Below are positions 8,034-16,797 of a stretch of DNA of 64,000 bases, piece after piece; the first letter of the stretch is position 1; the number at the start of each line of letters is the position of its first letter. The DNA is taken from positions 1 to 64,000 of IMG/VR virus record IMGVR_UViG_3300030095_005132. One strand, 5' to 3'. A program made the translations under genes and the position numbers. The notes under the pieces are model-generated. The model was not told the origin of the DNA. It saw nothing but the letters and a program-made list of their open reading frames with translations, and made no database searches. The DNA comes from a virus (lineage: Duplodnaviria; Caudoviricetes).

Positions 8034-9242
8034 ATGAGAAATGAGAGATTCACTAACAATTCAAATCAAAAAAAAGGAAAAAAAGATATGAATAAAAAAG
8101 TAGTTCAAATAATAAAATCAGGCAATAGGTTTAATGCTTGGGATGCTGATGGTAATAAATATACATCACAAATTTCTAATGGTACTCGAAAGAGTGCTTT
8201 CAATACCAATATGGCTCTTGAACAAAGGGTTAATAAAAATGGTAAAACCTTTTGGTGGAAAGTTCCAATGTCAGAATTTGAGGCTAGTTCAGCTCCTGTC
8301 ATTGATGTTTCATCAGTTGATGTTCCTACAGAACATGCTGAGGTTCTAAATTTCATTCACTCTTCTTATAGTCTCAAACCACAAGGTTTGGTTATGAAAG
8401 AATTGAAGTGGAAGTATTTAGTTCGTTCAGCCGTTAGAGGTAAGAACATTTTGATGACAGGTCCTGCTGGATGTGGAAAAACTATGGCGGCTAAGTCATT
8501 GGTTAATTCGCTAGATAGGGCTGACTTCTACTTTAATTTGGGTGCGACACAAGACCCCAGAGCCACTTTGATTGGTAATACTCACTTCGATAAGAAGAAA
8601 GGTACTTACTTCTCTGAGGCTTTGTTTGTCAAAGCAATTCAGACTCCTAACGCTGTTATTCTGTTAGATGAGTTGAGTCGGGCTCATCCAGATGCTTGGA
8701 ATATTCTGATGACAGTATTAGATAGTGGTCAGAGATATCTTCGTTTGGATGAAGGTGAAGGTCAGGAAACCATCAATGTGGCTGATGGTGTTACTTTCGT
8801 TGCTACCGCTAATGTAGGTAATGAGTATACTTCTACCAGAGTTATGGATAAGGCTTTGATGGATAGATTCATTATTGTAGAAATGGATGTTTTGACTTCT
8901 GATGAAGAACATGGGTTGTTGAACTATATGTTTCCACATGTTGATTCAGAACTTCTAAAGTCTGTTGCTGAGATTTCTTCCGCAACTCGTAGTGAGTCAA
9001 AGTCTGAGGCTGGTAGATTGTCTGCTGGAATTTCAACCAGAACTTCTGTTGAGATTGCTGGACTTCTCTTTGATGGTTTCGGATTAGATGAAGCGGCTGA
9101 AGTAACTGTCTATCCTCAGTTTTCTGATGATGGTGGGCTTGAGTCTGAAAGAACCTATGTGAAGCAGCTTGTACAGAAGTATGTTTCTGATGGTTCTTCC
9201 GATGACTTGTTCAATGAAGATGAAGTTGAGAATGCTAACTAA
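8034..9242 (+). CDS. MoxR/CobS/CbbQ-type AAA+ ATPase
   Basis: Walker A GPAGCGKT, Walker B ILLDELSR, ATAN, ALMDRF; partner of upstream VWA protein; SD-led start 8088. Confidence 0.9.
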   Translation: MRNERFTNNSNQKKGKKDMNKKVVQIIKSGNRFNAWDADGNKYTSQISNGTRKSAFNTNMALEQRVNKNGKTFWWKVPMSEFEASSAPVIDVSSVDVPTEHAEVLNFIHSSYSLKPQGLVMKELKWKYLVRSAVRGKNILMTGPAGCGKTMAAKSLVNSLDRADFYFNLGATQDPRATLIGNTHFDKKKGTYFSEALFVKAIQTPNAVILLDELSRAHPDAWNILMTVLDSGQRYLRLDEGEGQETINVADGVTFVATANVGNEYTSTRVMDKALMDRFIIVEMDVLTSDEEHGLLNYMFPHVDSELLKSVAEISSATRSESKSEAGRLSAGISTRTSVEIAGLLFDGFGLDEAAEVTVYPQFSDDGGLESERTYVKQLVQKYVSDGSSDDLFNEDEVENAN

Positions 9243-9258
9243 GTTTTTCTCTCTGTGG

Positions 9259-9323
9259 GTGGTGGTTAAAAAAAGTTAACCACCGCTCGGGTGGTCGGTT
9301 TTAATTCCTTTCTCCGGCCACCC
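9259..9323 (+). other. Two tandem GC-rich hairpins after AAA gene
   Basis: GTGGTGGTTAA/TTAACCACCGC and GGGTGGTCGG/CCGGCCACCC. Confidence 0.6.
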
Positions 9324-9355
9324 AAAAAAATTTAACTAAAAATACGGAAATAAAT

Positions 9356-9499
9356 ATGAAAAATATAATAGAAAAAGTTTTAAAAAGATATAAGGATAGG
9401 CAATTGAATTTAAGTTCTAAAGGAATAAGAGAAAGTTTAGCCGCTGAAATAACAGCAGTTTTAATACAACACTATAACATAAAAGAAAAAGAAGGTTAA
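9356..9499 (+). CDS. Small hypothetical protein (47 aa)
   Basis: MKNIIEKVLKRYKDRQLNLSSKGIRESLAAEI... Confidence 0.5.
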   Translation: MKNIIEKVLKRYKDRQLNLSSKGIRESLAAEITAVLIQHYNIKEKEG

Positions 9500-9502
9500 A
9501 AA

Positions 9503-9790
9503 ATGAAAAGAAGTCAATACTCAGCTTATGAGAATTATATTTTAATGTGCGATAAAAGTAGAGGATTTAAAGCAACTTATCCTCACTTCCTAAACTTCTC
9601 AGAAGTTAAAAAGTTTGCAAAACAAATAGCAAGCGTGGGAGCAGACACATTTACTTACGAGGGTAATATTTATAGTAAGAGAATAACAACCTCTGATGCG
9701 CAACGTATGTTGGATAGCTTAGATACAAATAATAAATGTGACTATTGGATGTTCAGGTTACTTGCGACTCAACTGAATATTCAACTTTAA
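9503..9790 (+). CDS. Hypothetical protein
   Basis: ORF in operon context. Confidence 0.6.
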   Translation: MKRSQYSAYENYILMCDKSRGFKATYPHFLNFSEVKKFAKQIASVGADTFTYEGNIYSKRITTSDAQRMLDSLDTNNKCDYWMFRLLATQLNIQL

Positions 9791-9802
9791 TGGAGAAATA
9801 TA

Positions 9803-10288
9803 ATGGCTAAAAAACCAGCATCATTTGAGTACAATGGTACTCTAGATAGAGTTTTAGATGGAGATACAATCGATTGTTATATCGATTTAGGTTTCGATTT
9901 AAAAATCAAAAAACGAATTAGATATATGGGTATTGATACTTGGGAAAGTAGAACCAGAGATTTAGATGAAAAGAAAAAAGGACTAGCAGCTAAGGCTCGT
10001 AATAAAGAGTTATTAGAAGCTGGGATTTTTAAAATTGTTTCACACGGAACTGGTAAGTTCGGTAGAGTATTAGGAGAAGTTTTTGTATCACCAGATTCAG
10101 TAGGTCACGAAGTAGCAGAAAATGTTGATAAGTCAGCTGATGGGTTGGTTAGTATAAATGATATACTTATTAACGAAGGTCATGCTTATGAATATGATGG
10201 TGGTAAGAAGAAAGCATTTGTAGCTGAGATAGCTACAGAGAAAGCAGCTAAGAAAGAAGATTTAGTTGATAAACCAGCAGAGGAGTAA
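9803..10288 (+). CDS. Thermonuclease (SNase-like) family protein
   Basis: RVLDGDTID, IRYMGIDTWE, GKFGRVLG, INDILINEGHA. Confidence 0.9.
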   Translation: MAKKPASFEYNGTLDRVLDGDTIDCYIDLGFDLKIKKRIRYMGIDTWESRTRDLDEKKKGLAAKARNKELLEAGIFKIVSHGTGKFGRVLGEVFVSPDSVGHEVAENVDKSADGLVSINDILINEGHAYEYDGGKKKAFVAEIATEKAAKKEDLVDKPAEE

Positions 10289-10290
10289 TT

Positions 10291-10383
10291 ATGTTGTATT
10301 TAGGTCTTAGTATTACTGTAATTATATTATATATTACATGGGTGTTTTACAAAGATGACTATAAAGACTTTTTTAAATTTTAA
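10291..10383 (+). CDS. Small membrane peptide (30 aa)
   Basis: SD GAGGAG; MLYLGLSITVIILYITWVFYKDDYKDFFKF. Confidence 0.45.
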   Translation: MLYLGLSITVIILYITWVFYKDDYKDFFKF

Positions 10384-10418
10384 TTTAAATAATCGATAAC
10401 TATACAAGGAGGCTATGA

Positions 10419-10586
10419 ATGCCAAAGAGTAAAAGTAAAGGTCAATTCGACCATTATAAGAAATGGACAACCGATGAGGGCTATACCTTTTTAGCAGAAA
10501 CTAAAGCAGATGCTTTAGATTACCTATCAACTATGCCAAATCATATGGGTGAGGTTGAATCTTTAAGAGAGGTTAAGGATGTCTAA
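10419..10586 (+). CDS. Small hypothetical protein (55 aa)
   Basis: SD AGGAGG; MPKSKSKGQFDHYKKWTTDEG... Confidence 0.6.
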   Translation: MPKSKSKGQFDHYKKWTTDEGYTFLAETKADALDYLSTMPNHMGEVESLREVKDV

Positions 10587-10779
10587 TATAGCACAAGGTA
10601 GTGTGGGTAATGAATTAGACAAAATAGCTAATGAAGTTAAAGAGCTTAGACATTCTGTAGCTAAGATATTAGAACTTCTTAGACCACCTAAAAAGAAAAC
10701 TGAAAAGTGGATAGTAGATTATAATTTAGAAAGTACTACTGTTACTGATGTTTACAAAAATGATGAAGTCAAAACGTAA
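10579..10779 (+). CDS. Hypothetical protein
   Basis: ORF, overlapping operon arrangement. Confidence 0.55.
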   Translation: MSNIAQGSVGNELDKIANEVKELRHSVAKILELLRPPKKKTEKWIVDYNLESTTVTDVYKNDEVKT

Positions 10780-10933
10780 AAAGTATAAAGTTATAAATAC
10801 TGTAACTACTGTAAATGGAACTTTATATGTTGATGAAATAGTATTTTTTGAAAATATAGAAAAAAATGGCGATTACAGAGTTAAGGACACTATGGGCAGG
10901 ATTTGGTTTATAAATAAAAGTAACTTAAAGTGA
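10760..10933 (+). CDS. Small hypothetical protein (SH3-like beta pattern)
   Basis: YRVKDTMGRIWFI; start adjusted to MMKS. Confidence 0.5.
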   Translation: MMKSKRKKYKVINTVTTVNGTLYVDEIVFFENIEKNGDYRVKDTMGRIWFINKSNLK

Positions 10934-10950
10934 AAACTATGATAGGTTAA

Positions 10951-10959
10951 TATTTATTA
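10951..10959 (+). promoter_or_regulatory. Putative late promoter TATTTAT(A/T)
   Basis: Same motif at 14322, 19378, 27908, 29991, 41060, 49369, 60764 just upstream of gene starts. Confidence 0.55.
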
Positions 10960-10963
10960 AAAA

Positions 10964-11290
10964 ATGGAGACGATAATGTCCGAAGCTAAAGTAATTCAAA
11001 AAAAATGGGATGGTGTAGAAAGACGAAATAAAAAACCAAAACCAAAACCGATACCAACTGGTCCTGATTTATATATGGGTGGTGATGGATTGCCAGATTG
11101 GATGCAGTTTACAATTACAGGTGGTATGTTTGCAATACTATATTGGGTATTGTATTTATTATTTCATCCAACTTTAGAATTAGATGAGACACATAGAGAT
11201 TTACTGAATATTATCTTGGGTACATTTATTGCTACCTTTGGTAAGACAATTGACTTTTGGTTTAGACATTCTAAGAAAAAAGATAAGTAA
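10964..11290 (+). CDS. Two-TM membrane protein, holin candidate
   Basis: Two hydrophobic helices, basic C-terminus, upstream of endolysin. Confidence 0.5.
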   Translation: METIMSEAKVIQKKWDGVERRNKKPKPKPIPTGPDLYMGGDGLPDWMQFTITGGMFAILYWVLYLLFHPTLELDETHRDLLNIILGTFIATFGKTIDFWFRHSKKKDK

Positions 11291-11943
11291 TGAACATAGC
11301 CTTATTAGCCGGACATTTAGCATTTGGTTTAATTGCATTTTCTTTTTTAGTAAAAGATATTTTATGGTTAAGGTTAGTATCTATATTAGCTAGTTTATTT
11401 TCTGTATTTTATAACTTTTATATTCCAATTGAACCAATGTGGTTGGCTATAAATTGGAATATAGTTTTTATTATAGTAAACTTATATCACATAGCAGTAA
11501 TAATATATGAGAAAAGACCGGTTCATATGTCACCTAAACATAAAGAATTATATGAAACTATGTTTAAGGGTATGACACCAGTAGAATTTTTAAAGATTAC
11601 AAAAATAGCAGATTGGACTCACTTTAAAGAAGGTGAATTTATTACTCAACAGGGTCACAATGTTCCCACATTAAATTTAATCTATAATGGTACAGTTGAT
11701 GTTAGTGTTGGTAATAAAAAAGTAGCCGAATTAAAAGATGGTCAATTTGTAGGGGAAATGAGTTTTTTAACAGAGAAACCAGCAACTGCTACTTGTATGG
11801 CTAAACACGATACAGAATGCTTAACATGGGAACAACAAGGATTTAAAGAACTATTGAAAAGAAATCCATCGCTTTACTTTTCAATACAATCATTACTAAG
11901 TGCACAAGTATCAGAGGCATTGGTTAGTAGCAGTAAGAAATAG
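11290..11943 (+). CDS. Popeye-domain / cyclic nucleotide-binding membrane protein
   Basis: 3 TM helices (KDILWLRL, WNIVFIIVN), then cNMP-binding fold LIYNGTVDV...GQFVGEMSFLTEKPATAT. Confidence 0.85.
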   Translation: MNIALLAGHLAFGLIAFSFLVKDILWLRLVSILASLFSVFYNFYIPIEPMWLAINWNIVFIIVNLYHIAVIIYEKRPVHMSPKHKELYETMFKGMTPVEFLKITKIADWTHFKEGEFITQQGHNVPTLNLIYNGTVDVSVGNKKVAELKDGQFVGEMSFLTEKPATATCMAKHDTECLTWEQQGFKELLKRNPSLYFSIQSLLSAQVSEALVSSSKK

Positions 11944-11953
11944 GAGAAAAATA

Positions 11954-12430
11954 ATGTTAGTAGAATTTAATGATATAATCGAAGTAGTATTACACCATGA
12001 GGGTGGATATGTAAACGATCCTGATGATCCAGGTGGAGAGACTAATTTTGGCATAGCTAAACGTTCTCATCCTGATGTAGATATTGCTAACCTAACTAAA
12101 GATGGAGCAAAAGAAATTTACTATCAAGACTATTGGATGAAAAATAGAGTTCCACAATTACCTGATGATTTAAAACATATTTACTTTGATATGTGTGTAA
12201 ATCAAGGTAGAGGTAGAGCAGTAAAGATATTACAGAAAGCAGCTAATGCCAAAGGTGCTGACTTAGTTGTAGATGGTGGATTAGGACCTAAAACTATAGG
12301 AGCTCTTAAAGGCGTAGAGTTAGAAAGAGTTAGAGCTTACAGAATTAAATACTATGCAGACTTAGTTACCCGTAAGCCAGATTTAGAAAAGTTTTATTTT
12401 GGTTGGTTTAGAAGAGGACTAGAAGTGTAA
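11954..12430 (+). CDS. Endolysin, glycoside hydrolase family 108 with peptidoglycan-binding domain
   Basis: HEGGYVNDPDDPGGETNFGI, VDGGLGPKT, GWFRR; SD AGGAG before 11954. Confidence 0.92.
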   Translation: MLVEFNDIIEVVLHHEGGYVNDPDDPGGETNFGIAKRSHPDVDIANLTKDGAKEIYYQDYWMKNRVPQLPDDLKHIYFDMCVNQGRGRAVKILQKAANAKGADLVVDGGLGPKTIGALKGVELERVRAYRIKYYADLVTRKPDLEKFYFGWFRRGLEV

Positions 12431-12431
12431 A

Positions 12432-13520
12432 ATGAAGTTAATTAAAATAATTTTATCTATAGGATTATCATTTGCACAGAGCTATGTGGAAGGAGATATT
12501 GTAAGTGACTTTGGTGCTGACATATGTTACAATGGAGAAGGTTCTTGGTCTTGGGAAGAAGATGGAGTTAATAAAGTAACATTCATAGCATCTTTTGCAA
12601 CTTGGTGAGGACCATGCCAGTCGGAGGCTCCGGCAATACAAAATATACGAGAACAATATGCTGGTAACTACAATGTAGAAATAGTAACTGCTGGAATGGA
12701 TTGGGGACAACCATATAGTTGTAGTGAGTGGGCTGAAACGTTTGGATTATCAATTCCAATCTTAGATGATAATAGTGGTAATAATATTTACGGATTGTTT
12801 GGTATTGGATATGTTCCTCATAATGTAGTGATAGGTGGGAACGGATTAGTGATATTCTCAGACTCAGGATTTAATTCCAGCACTATTGTTACAATGATTG
12901 AAGAAGGATTATCTAACTTAGTATTGGATATAGACGAAGATGGTGTATTGGATGAAGCTGATAATTGTATAGATGAGTATAATCCGAACCAAGCAGATAC
13001 AGATTCAGATGGTTTAGGAGATGTTTGTGACCCTTGTAACAATCTAATATGGTCTGGTGGTGATGTCAATGGTGATTTGGAATTAAATATAGCAGATATA
13101 CTCTTGATAGTAGATATTGTATTAGGAACAAATAATAGCCAATGTGGATATGAAGCAGCTGATATCACATTGGATGGTACGTTAAATATCTTAGATGTAA
13201 TAGGATTGGTTCAGTTGGTATTGGGTGGTAATCAACAACAAGCTATGGCTTGGATAGAATTTAATTTTACAGAAGAGATGGTTAAAAATTTAACAAGAGG
13301 ATATTTTATATCCGAAAGGGTATTGGCGTGGCCTAATCCATCCAATGCTTATGTAAATCTTAATGGTGGTGGGAACGCGAGGATATATGACATTACCGGT
13401 AGGTTGGTTAAAGAGTTGGAGTTAAGTGGAACATACCGATGGGATACTAAAAAAATATCAAGTGGTATTTATAGTATTCATAACAATATGGAAATAACCA
13501 CTATAACTATTTTAAAATGA
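12432..13520 (+). CDS. Selenocysteine-containing secreted TlpA/redoxin-family protein with TSP3-like, dockerin-like and C-terminal sorting-type domains
   Basis: In frame with ORF 12696..13520 through one TGA at 12606-12608: signal peptide...SFATW-U-GPCQSEAP; DEDGVLDEADNC...DSDGLGDVCD; GDVNGDLELNIADILLIV x2; WPNPSN...IYDITGRLVK...SSGIY. Confidence 0.88.
12609..12635 (+). promoter_or_regulatory. Candidate bacterial SECIS hairpin
   Basis: Locally GC-rich TGCCAGTCGGAGGCTCCGGCA immediately 3' of the in-frame TGA; TGCC/GGCA closing stem. Confidence 0.55.
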
Positions 13521-13597
13521 AATCCGACACAATAAAAAATATTTAATGAAAAAATAATACGTTTTTATTAATTTACACGATATATATTATAGAAGTT

Positions 13598-13626
13598 ACT
13601 GATGTCGCTCAAAAGAGGACATTGGT
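13598..13626 (+). promoter_or_regulatory. 5' leader hairpin of hsp20
   Basis: ACTGATGTC-G-CTC-AAAA-GAG-GACATTGGT. Confidence 0.5.
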
Positions 13627-13663
13627 GTTTGACTAAATAGTAAACAACAATAGGAGAAATACA

Positions 13664-14128
13664 ATGACTAGAATAGTAGTTAACCCACAACATCTCAACC
13701 GAGATGAATTTATAACACCTTTCGATAAAATATTTGACCAACTAATGAATAAGCAATTTCCTGCTTTTCAAGAAGAGGTTGGTGTATCTTTCAACAAAGG
13801 AGCTTATCCTAAAGTAAACATCTATGAATATGATGACAAAATAGGTATCATAGCTGAGATTCCAGGACTGGATAAGAAGAATGTTTCAGTAGAAGTTGAA
13901 GAAAATATGTTAACCATATCCGGCGATAAGCACGGATTTGTAAATACTGGTGGTGCTAAAATTATAACCAGAGAACTAAAACAATCTTCATTCAAAAGGT
14001 CTTTTAACTTAGGAGACCATTTAGATGGGGATGATGTTAGTGCTAATTTTAAGGATGGTATGTTATCAATATCAATTCCTAAAAAAGAGCCGGAGATACC
14101 TAAAAAGAAAATGGTGAAAATATCATAA
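13664..14128 (+). CDS. hsp20: Small heat shock protein Hsp20/alpha-crystallin
   Basis: YPKVNIYE, AEIPGL, SFKRSF, ANFKDGMLSISIPK. Confidence 0.95.
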   Translation: MTRIVVNPQHLNRDEFITPFDKIFDQLMNKQFPAFQEEVGVSFNKGAYPKVNIYEYDDKIGIIAEIPGLDKKNVSVEVEENMLTISGDKHGFVNTGGAKIITRELKQSSFKRSFNLGDHLDGDDVSANFKDGMLSISIPKKEPEIPKKKMVKIS

Positions 14129-14157
14129 AAAAAAAGTTAATCAATGTAGATGATACA

Positions 14158-14313
14158 TTGTATATCATTCTTGGAACGGTGTCGGTTGGGTCTGGTTACA
14201 CTCCCGATCAATTAAAAAAAATGTGGACTTTAGCTGATGCTGTTCTTAGGAATGGGAATGATTTTTTTGTATGCATGAAGTGTCAAGAAGGTCAATTTGA
14301 GGACATAAAGTAG
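14158..14313 (+). CDS. Small hypothetical protein; start uncertain
   Basis: Open frame ...KKKLINVDDTLYIILGTVSV...QFEDIK; only TTG start at 14158. Confidence 0.4.
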   Translation: MYIILGTVSVGSGYTPDQLKKMWTLADAVLRNGNDFFVCMKCQEGQFEDIK

Positions 14314-14350
14314 GTTTTTAATATTTATTATAGATAAATAGGAGAAAATC

Positions 14351-15343
14351 GTGTTTGAACAATCTAAATCATTTCCAAGATTAGTAGGGTTATCTGCACT
14401 TCTTATAGCTGGTAGTGCAGCCTTCTTTTCAGTTTTTGGGTTATCAAAATTATTTGCAGGTGCTACATTTGCTGTAATCATAATGGCTAGTTCATTAGAG
14501 TTTGGTAAGTTGGTAGCTGCTTCATTCTTATATAGATATTGGGATAAGATAAACTTTCTACAAAAGTTTTATATGTCTTTAGCTACTGTAATTCTCATAT
14601 TAATAACATCGGCTGGTATCTTTGGTTTCCTATCAAATGCTTATCAAGGTGCCACAATACAATTTGAAAAAGAATCAACTGCTTTAATATTTAAAGAAGA
14701 TAGATTACAACAATTACAAGAAGATAAAAAATTCTTAAAAGAGGAATTAGAAGCCGCTATATCTGAACTACCAGATAATTATAGAACTGCTCGTAGAAAA
14801 CTTAGAGAGGAATATCAGCCTCAAATAACATTAATAAACAAACAGATGATTGAATTAAAAGGTGAAGTTGGTGAATTGAAAACTGCATTAGTTGAAACCG
14901 GTGTGGATGTAGGTCCGGTTATTTACATAGCTAGGACATTCGATACCGACATAGACACTGTAGTTAAGTTCTTTATCTTTGTGCTTATCTTTGTATTTGA
15001 TCCTATGGCTGTTATGTTTGTTATAAGTTACAACGTAGCTTTACAGCATACAAAAAAGGAAGGTGATATTGCTAGTTCCAATCCCAACATTACCACCAAT
15101 AAAAGGTGGTGGGAAGTATATGGAGAAAAAGCTGAAAGAAAAAGGAAAGAATGGAAAGACAACATAAAATCTACAGTTAGTAATGATGAAAGATTCAATG
15201 CAAAATCTAAAGACGAAAAAGTTGCCACAACTGAAGGTTCTGATGAAGATTTAGAATCTAACTTAGTTGAAGATGTAGGTGAGGATATTATGAGCTCTTT
15301 ACCTGTCAGATTAGAAAAGGGTGGATTTAGTAGAAGTAGATAA
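14351..15343 (+). CDS. Multi-TM coiled-coil membrane protein
   Basis: 3 N-terminal TM, coiled coil, FVLIFVFDPMAV TM; GTG start with SD AGGAG. Confidence 0.75.
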   Translation: MFEQSKSFPRLVGLSALLIAGSAAFFSVFGLSKLFAGATFAVIIMASSLEFGKLVAASFLYRYWDKINFLQKFYMSLATVILILITSAGIFGFLSNAYQGATIQFEKESTALIFKEDRLQQLQEDKKFLKEELEAAISELPDNYRTARRKLREEYQPQITLINKQMIELKGEVGELKTALVETGVDVGPVIYIARTFDTDIDTVVKFFIFVLIFVFDPMAVMFVISYNVALQHTKKEGDIASSNPNITTNKRWWEVYGEKAERKRKEWKDNIKSTVSNDERFNAKSKDEKVATTEGSDEDLESNLVEDVGEDIMSSLPVRLEKGGFSRSR

Positions 15344-15352
15344 AAAAAAACC

Positions 15353-15382
15353 TTGACTTGTATTGCATATCTTTTGTATATT
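15353..15382 (+). promoter_or_regulatory. Early sigma70-type promoter (copy 5)
   Basis: TTGACT-N18-TATATT. Confidence 0.75.
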
Positions 15383-15408
15383 TAGGTATAAGAAAAAGGA
15401 AATAAATT

Positions 15409-15765
15409 ATGAACTTAGAGAACCAATTAAATAAAAATTCAGCCATCGATTTTTCGGAGGGTATAAGTAACCTAATTACAGGTATTAAAAAAGACTATGC
15501 TAAATGGACAGATTGGTCAGAAGGTATTGAAAGATTTAATAAAGGTATTAATATTAAAACCGGCAAAAAATACACAAAGGTAATTTGTGGTTCATCTGTT
15601 TGGGGATTTATCGCTAATGGTGACGGTATACTAAAAGGTATTCCTTACTTCAAAGGTGATGTATTTAAAGCTGCTGGTTGGGCTGCTCCGGCAAAGCATG
15701 TTAGGGGTTCAATCTTTGATACCAATACTGATTGGTTTGGTTGGACAGGTCCTAATTACTTATAG
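15409..15765 (+). CDS. Conserved phage hypothetical protein
   Basis: GKKYTKV...GDVFKAAGWAAPAKHVRG motif typical of large-phage early proteins. Confidence 0.7.
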   Translation: MNLENQLNKNSAIDFSEGISNLITGIKKDYAKWTDWSEGIERFNKGINIKTGKKYTKVICGSSVWGFIANGDGILKGIPYFKGDVFKAAGWAAPAKHVRGSIFDTNTDWFGWTGPNYL

Positions 15766-15773
15766 GGTACAAT

Positions 15774-16217
15774 ATGAATAAATGGATTGAAAAAAACAAA
15801 AAACAATTTGGAAACAGAATTGTTGCTTTGGAAAATATAATCAAAACACAGTTAAAGGCTGCTGGTCAATCAGATTATTTTACTTCTGATATGCTAGTAG
15901 CAATAAAGTCTGGTAGAAAAATTACACCTAAGATGGAAAAGGCTATTGACAATATCATAAAACGTAATTCGCCTGATGAGATGAATAAAAGATCTGAGTG
16001 GCTTGGGAAGGTTCTTCCTAAACTAATGATGGTTAAAGAACAAATCAATAATACAGATTGGAGTAAAGGATATAAAGGTGGTTCAGTAAATTTTATAGAA
16101 AGTATTATTCGGCAAGCTACTAATCGTAAGACACTTTCTAAGAAACAGATGGAAGCTGTAAATAATATGTATCAGAGAATTAAAAAGAATATTGAAAAAA
16201 ATAAAAATAAGTCTTGA
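15774..16217 (+). CDS. Hypothetical protein with two internal repeats
   Basis: F..M/I..G/R..ITPKM / LSKKQM repeated helical units. Confidence 0.65.
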   Translation: MNKWIEKNKKQFGNRIVALENIIKTQLKAAGQSDYFTSDMLVAIKSGRKITPKMEKAIDNIIKRNSPDEMNKRSEWLGKVLPKLMMVKEQINNTDWSKGYKGGSVNFIESIIRQATNRKTLSKKQMEAVNNMYQRIKKNIEKNKNKS

Positions 16218-16243
16218 CTTGTATTGCAATTATTTTGTATATT
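16214..16243 (+). promoter_or_regulatory. Early sigma70-type promoter (copy 6)
   Basis: TTGACT-N18-TATATT. Confidence 0.75.
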
Positions 16244-16248
16244 AAACT

Positions 16249-16797
16249 ATGAATAAGGAGACAAATATGTTAACTTTAGAAAAAGCTATAGCTGCTGTGA
16301 TTGCGGTAACATTAGTAAATGGTTTTTTCTCAACTAATATGATGGATAAATATAAGAATATGTATTCATCAAAAGTTGAATATTTAGAATCAGAAAACGC
16401 TCGTTTAAAAAAAGAGCTATCACATTATGATGAATATGGTATATCAGTTGATGTAACTATGTATCAACCCAATACCATTCAATGTGATGATACACCAAAC
16501 ATAACTGCTGATGGAACGAAGATTCGTATTAGTAAGGCATCGGAATATAAATTTGTTGCTTTATCCCGTAACCTACTTAAAAGGTGGGGTGGTCCTTTTG
16601 ATTACGGCGATTTTATTCTACTAAGAGGGGCTGATAAGAAGGATGGTGTGTATCAGGTAAGAGATACTATGAACCCTAAATGGGTTAATGTAGTTGATAT
16701 TTTAGAATCAGAGCATGTAGAACCTTACAAGTATACAGATGCTCACATATTTAAATTAAACTGGTTAAACAAAGAAAAGGAAATAATAAATGGCTAA
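16249..16797 (+). CDS. 3D (MltA-like) domain protein, putative lytic transglycosylase
   Basis: TM, coiled coil, VTMY...QCDDTPNITADG, VALSRNL, YQVRDTM, VDIL. Confidence 0.8.
   Translation: MNKETNMLTLEKAIAAVIAVTLVNGFFSTNMMDKYKNMYSSKVEYLESENARLKKELSHYDEYGISVDVTMYQPNTIQCDDTPNITADGTKIRISKASEYKFVALSRNLLKRWGGPFDYGDFILLRGADKKDGVYQVRDTMNPKWVNVVDILESEHVEPYKYTDAHIFKLNWLNKEKEIING

Noticed and set aside
5507-9242. Cobalamin biosynthesis (cobS/cobT) as auxiliary metabolism
   Set aside because: Generic MoxR AAA-VWA pair; no CobN or other cob genes present
11900-11953. N-terminal extension of the endolysin
   Set aside because: Overlaps Popeye gene; SD AGGAG supports start at 11954
12468-13168. Minus-strand ORFs 12468..12710 and 12818..13168, and 12696 as true start
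   Set aside because: Shadows of the plus-strand selenoprotein, whose signal peptide and active site lie upstream of 12696
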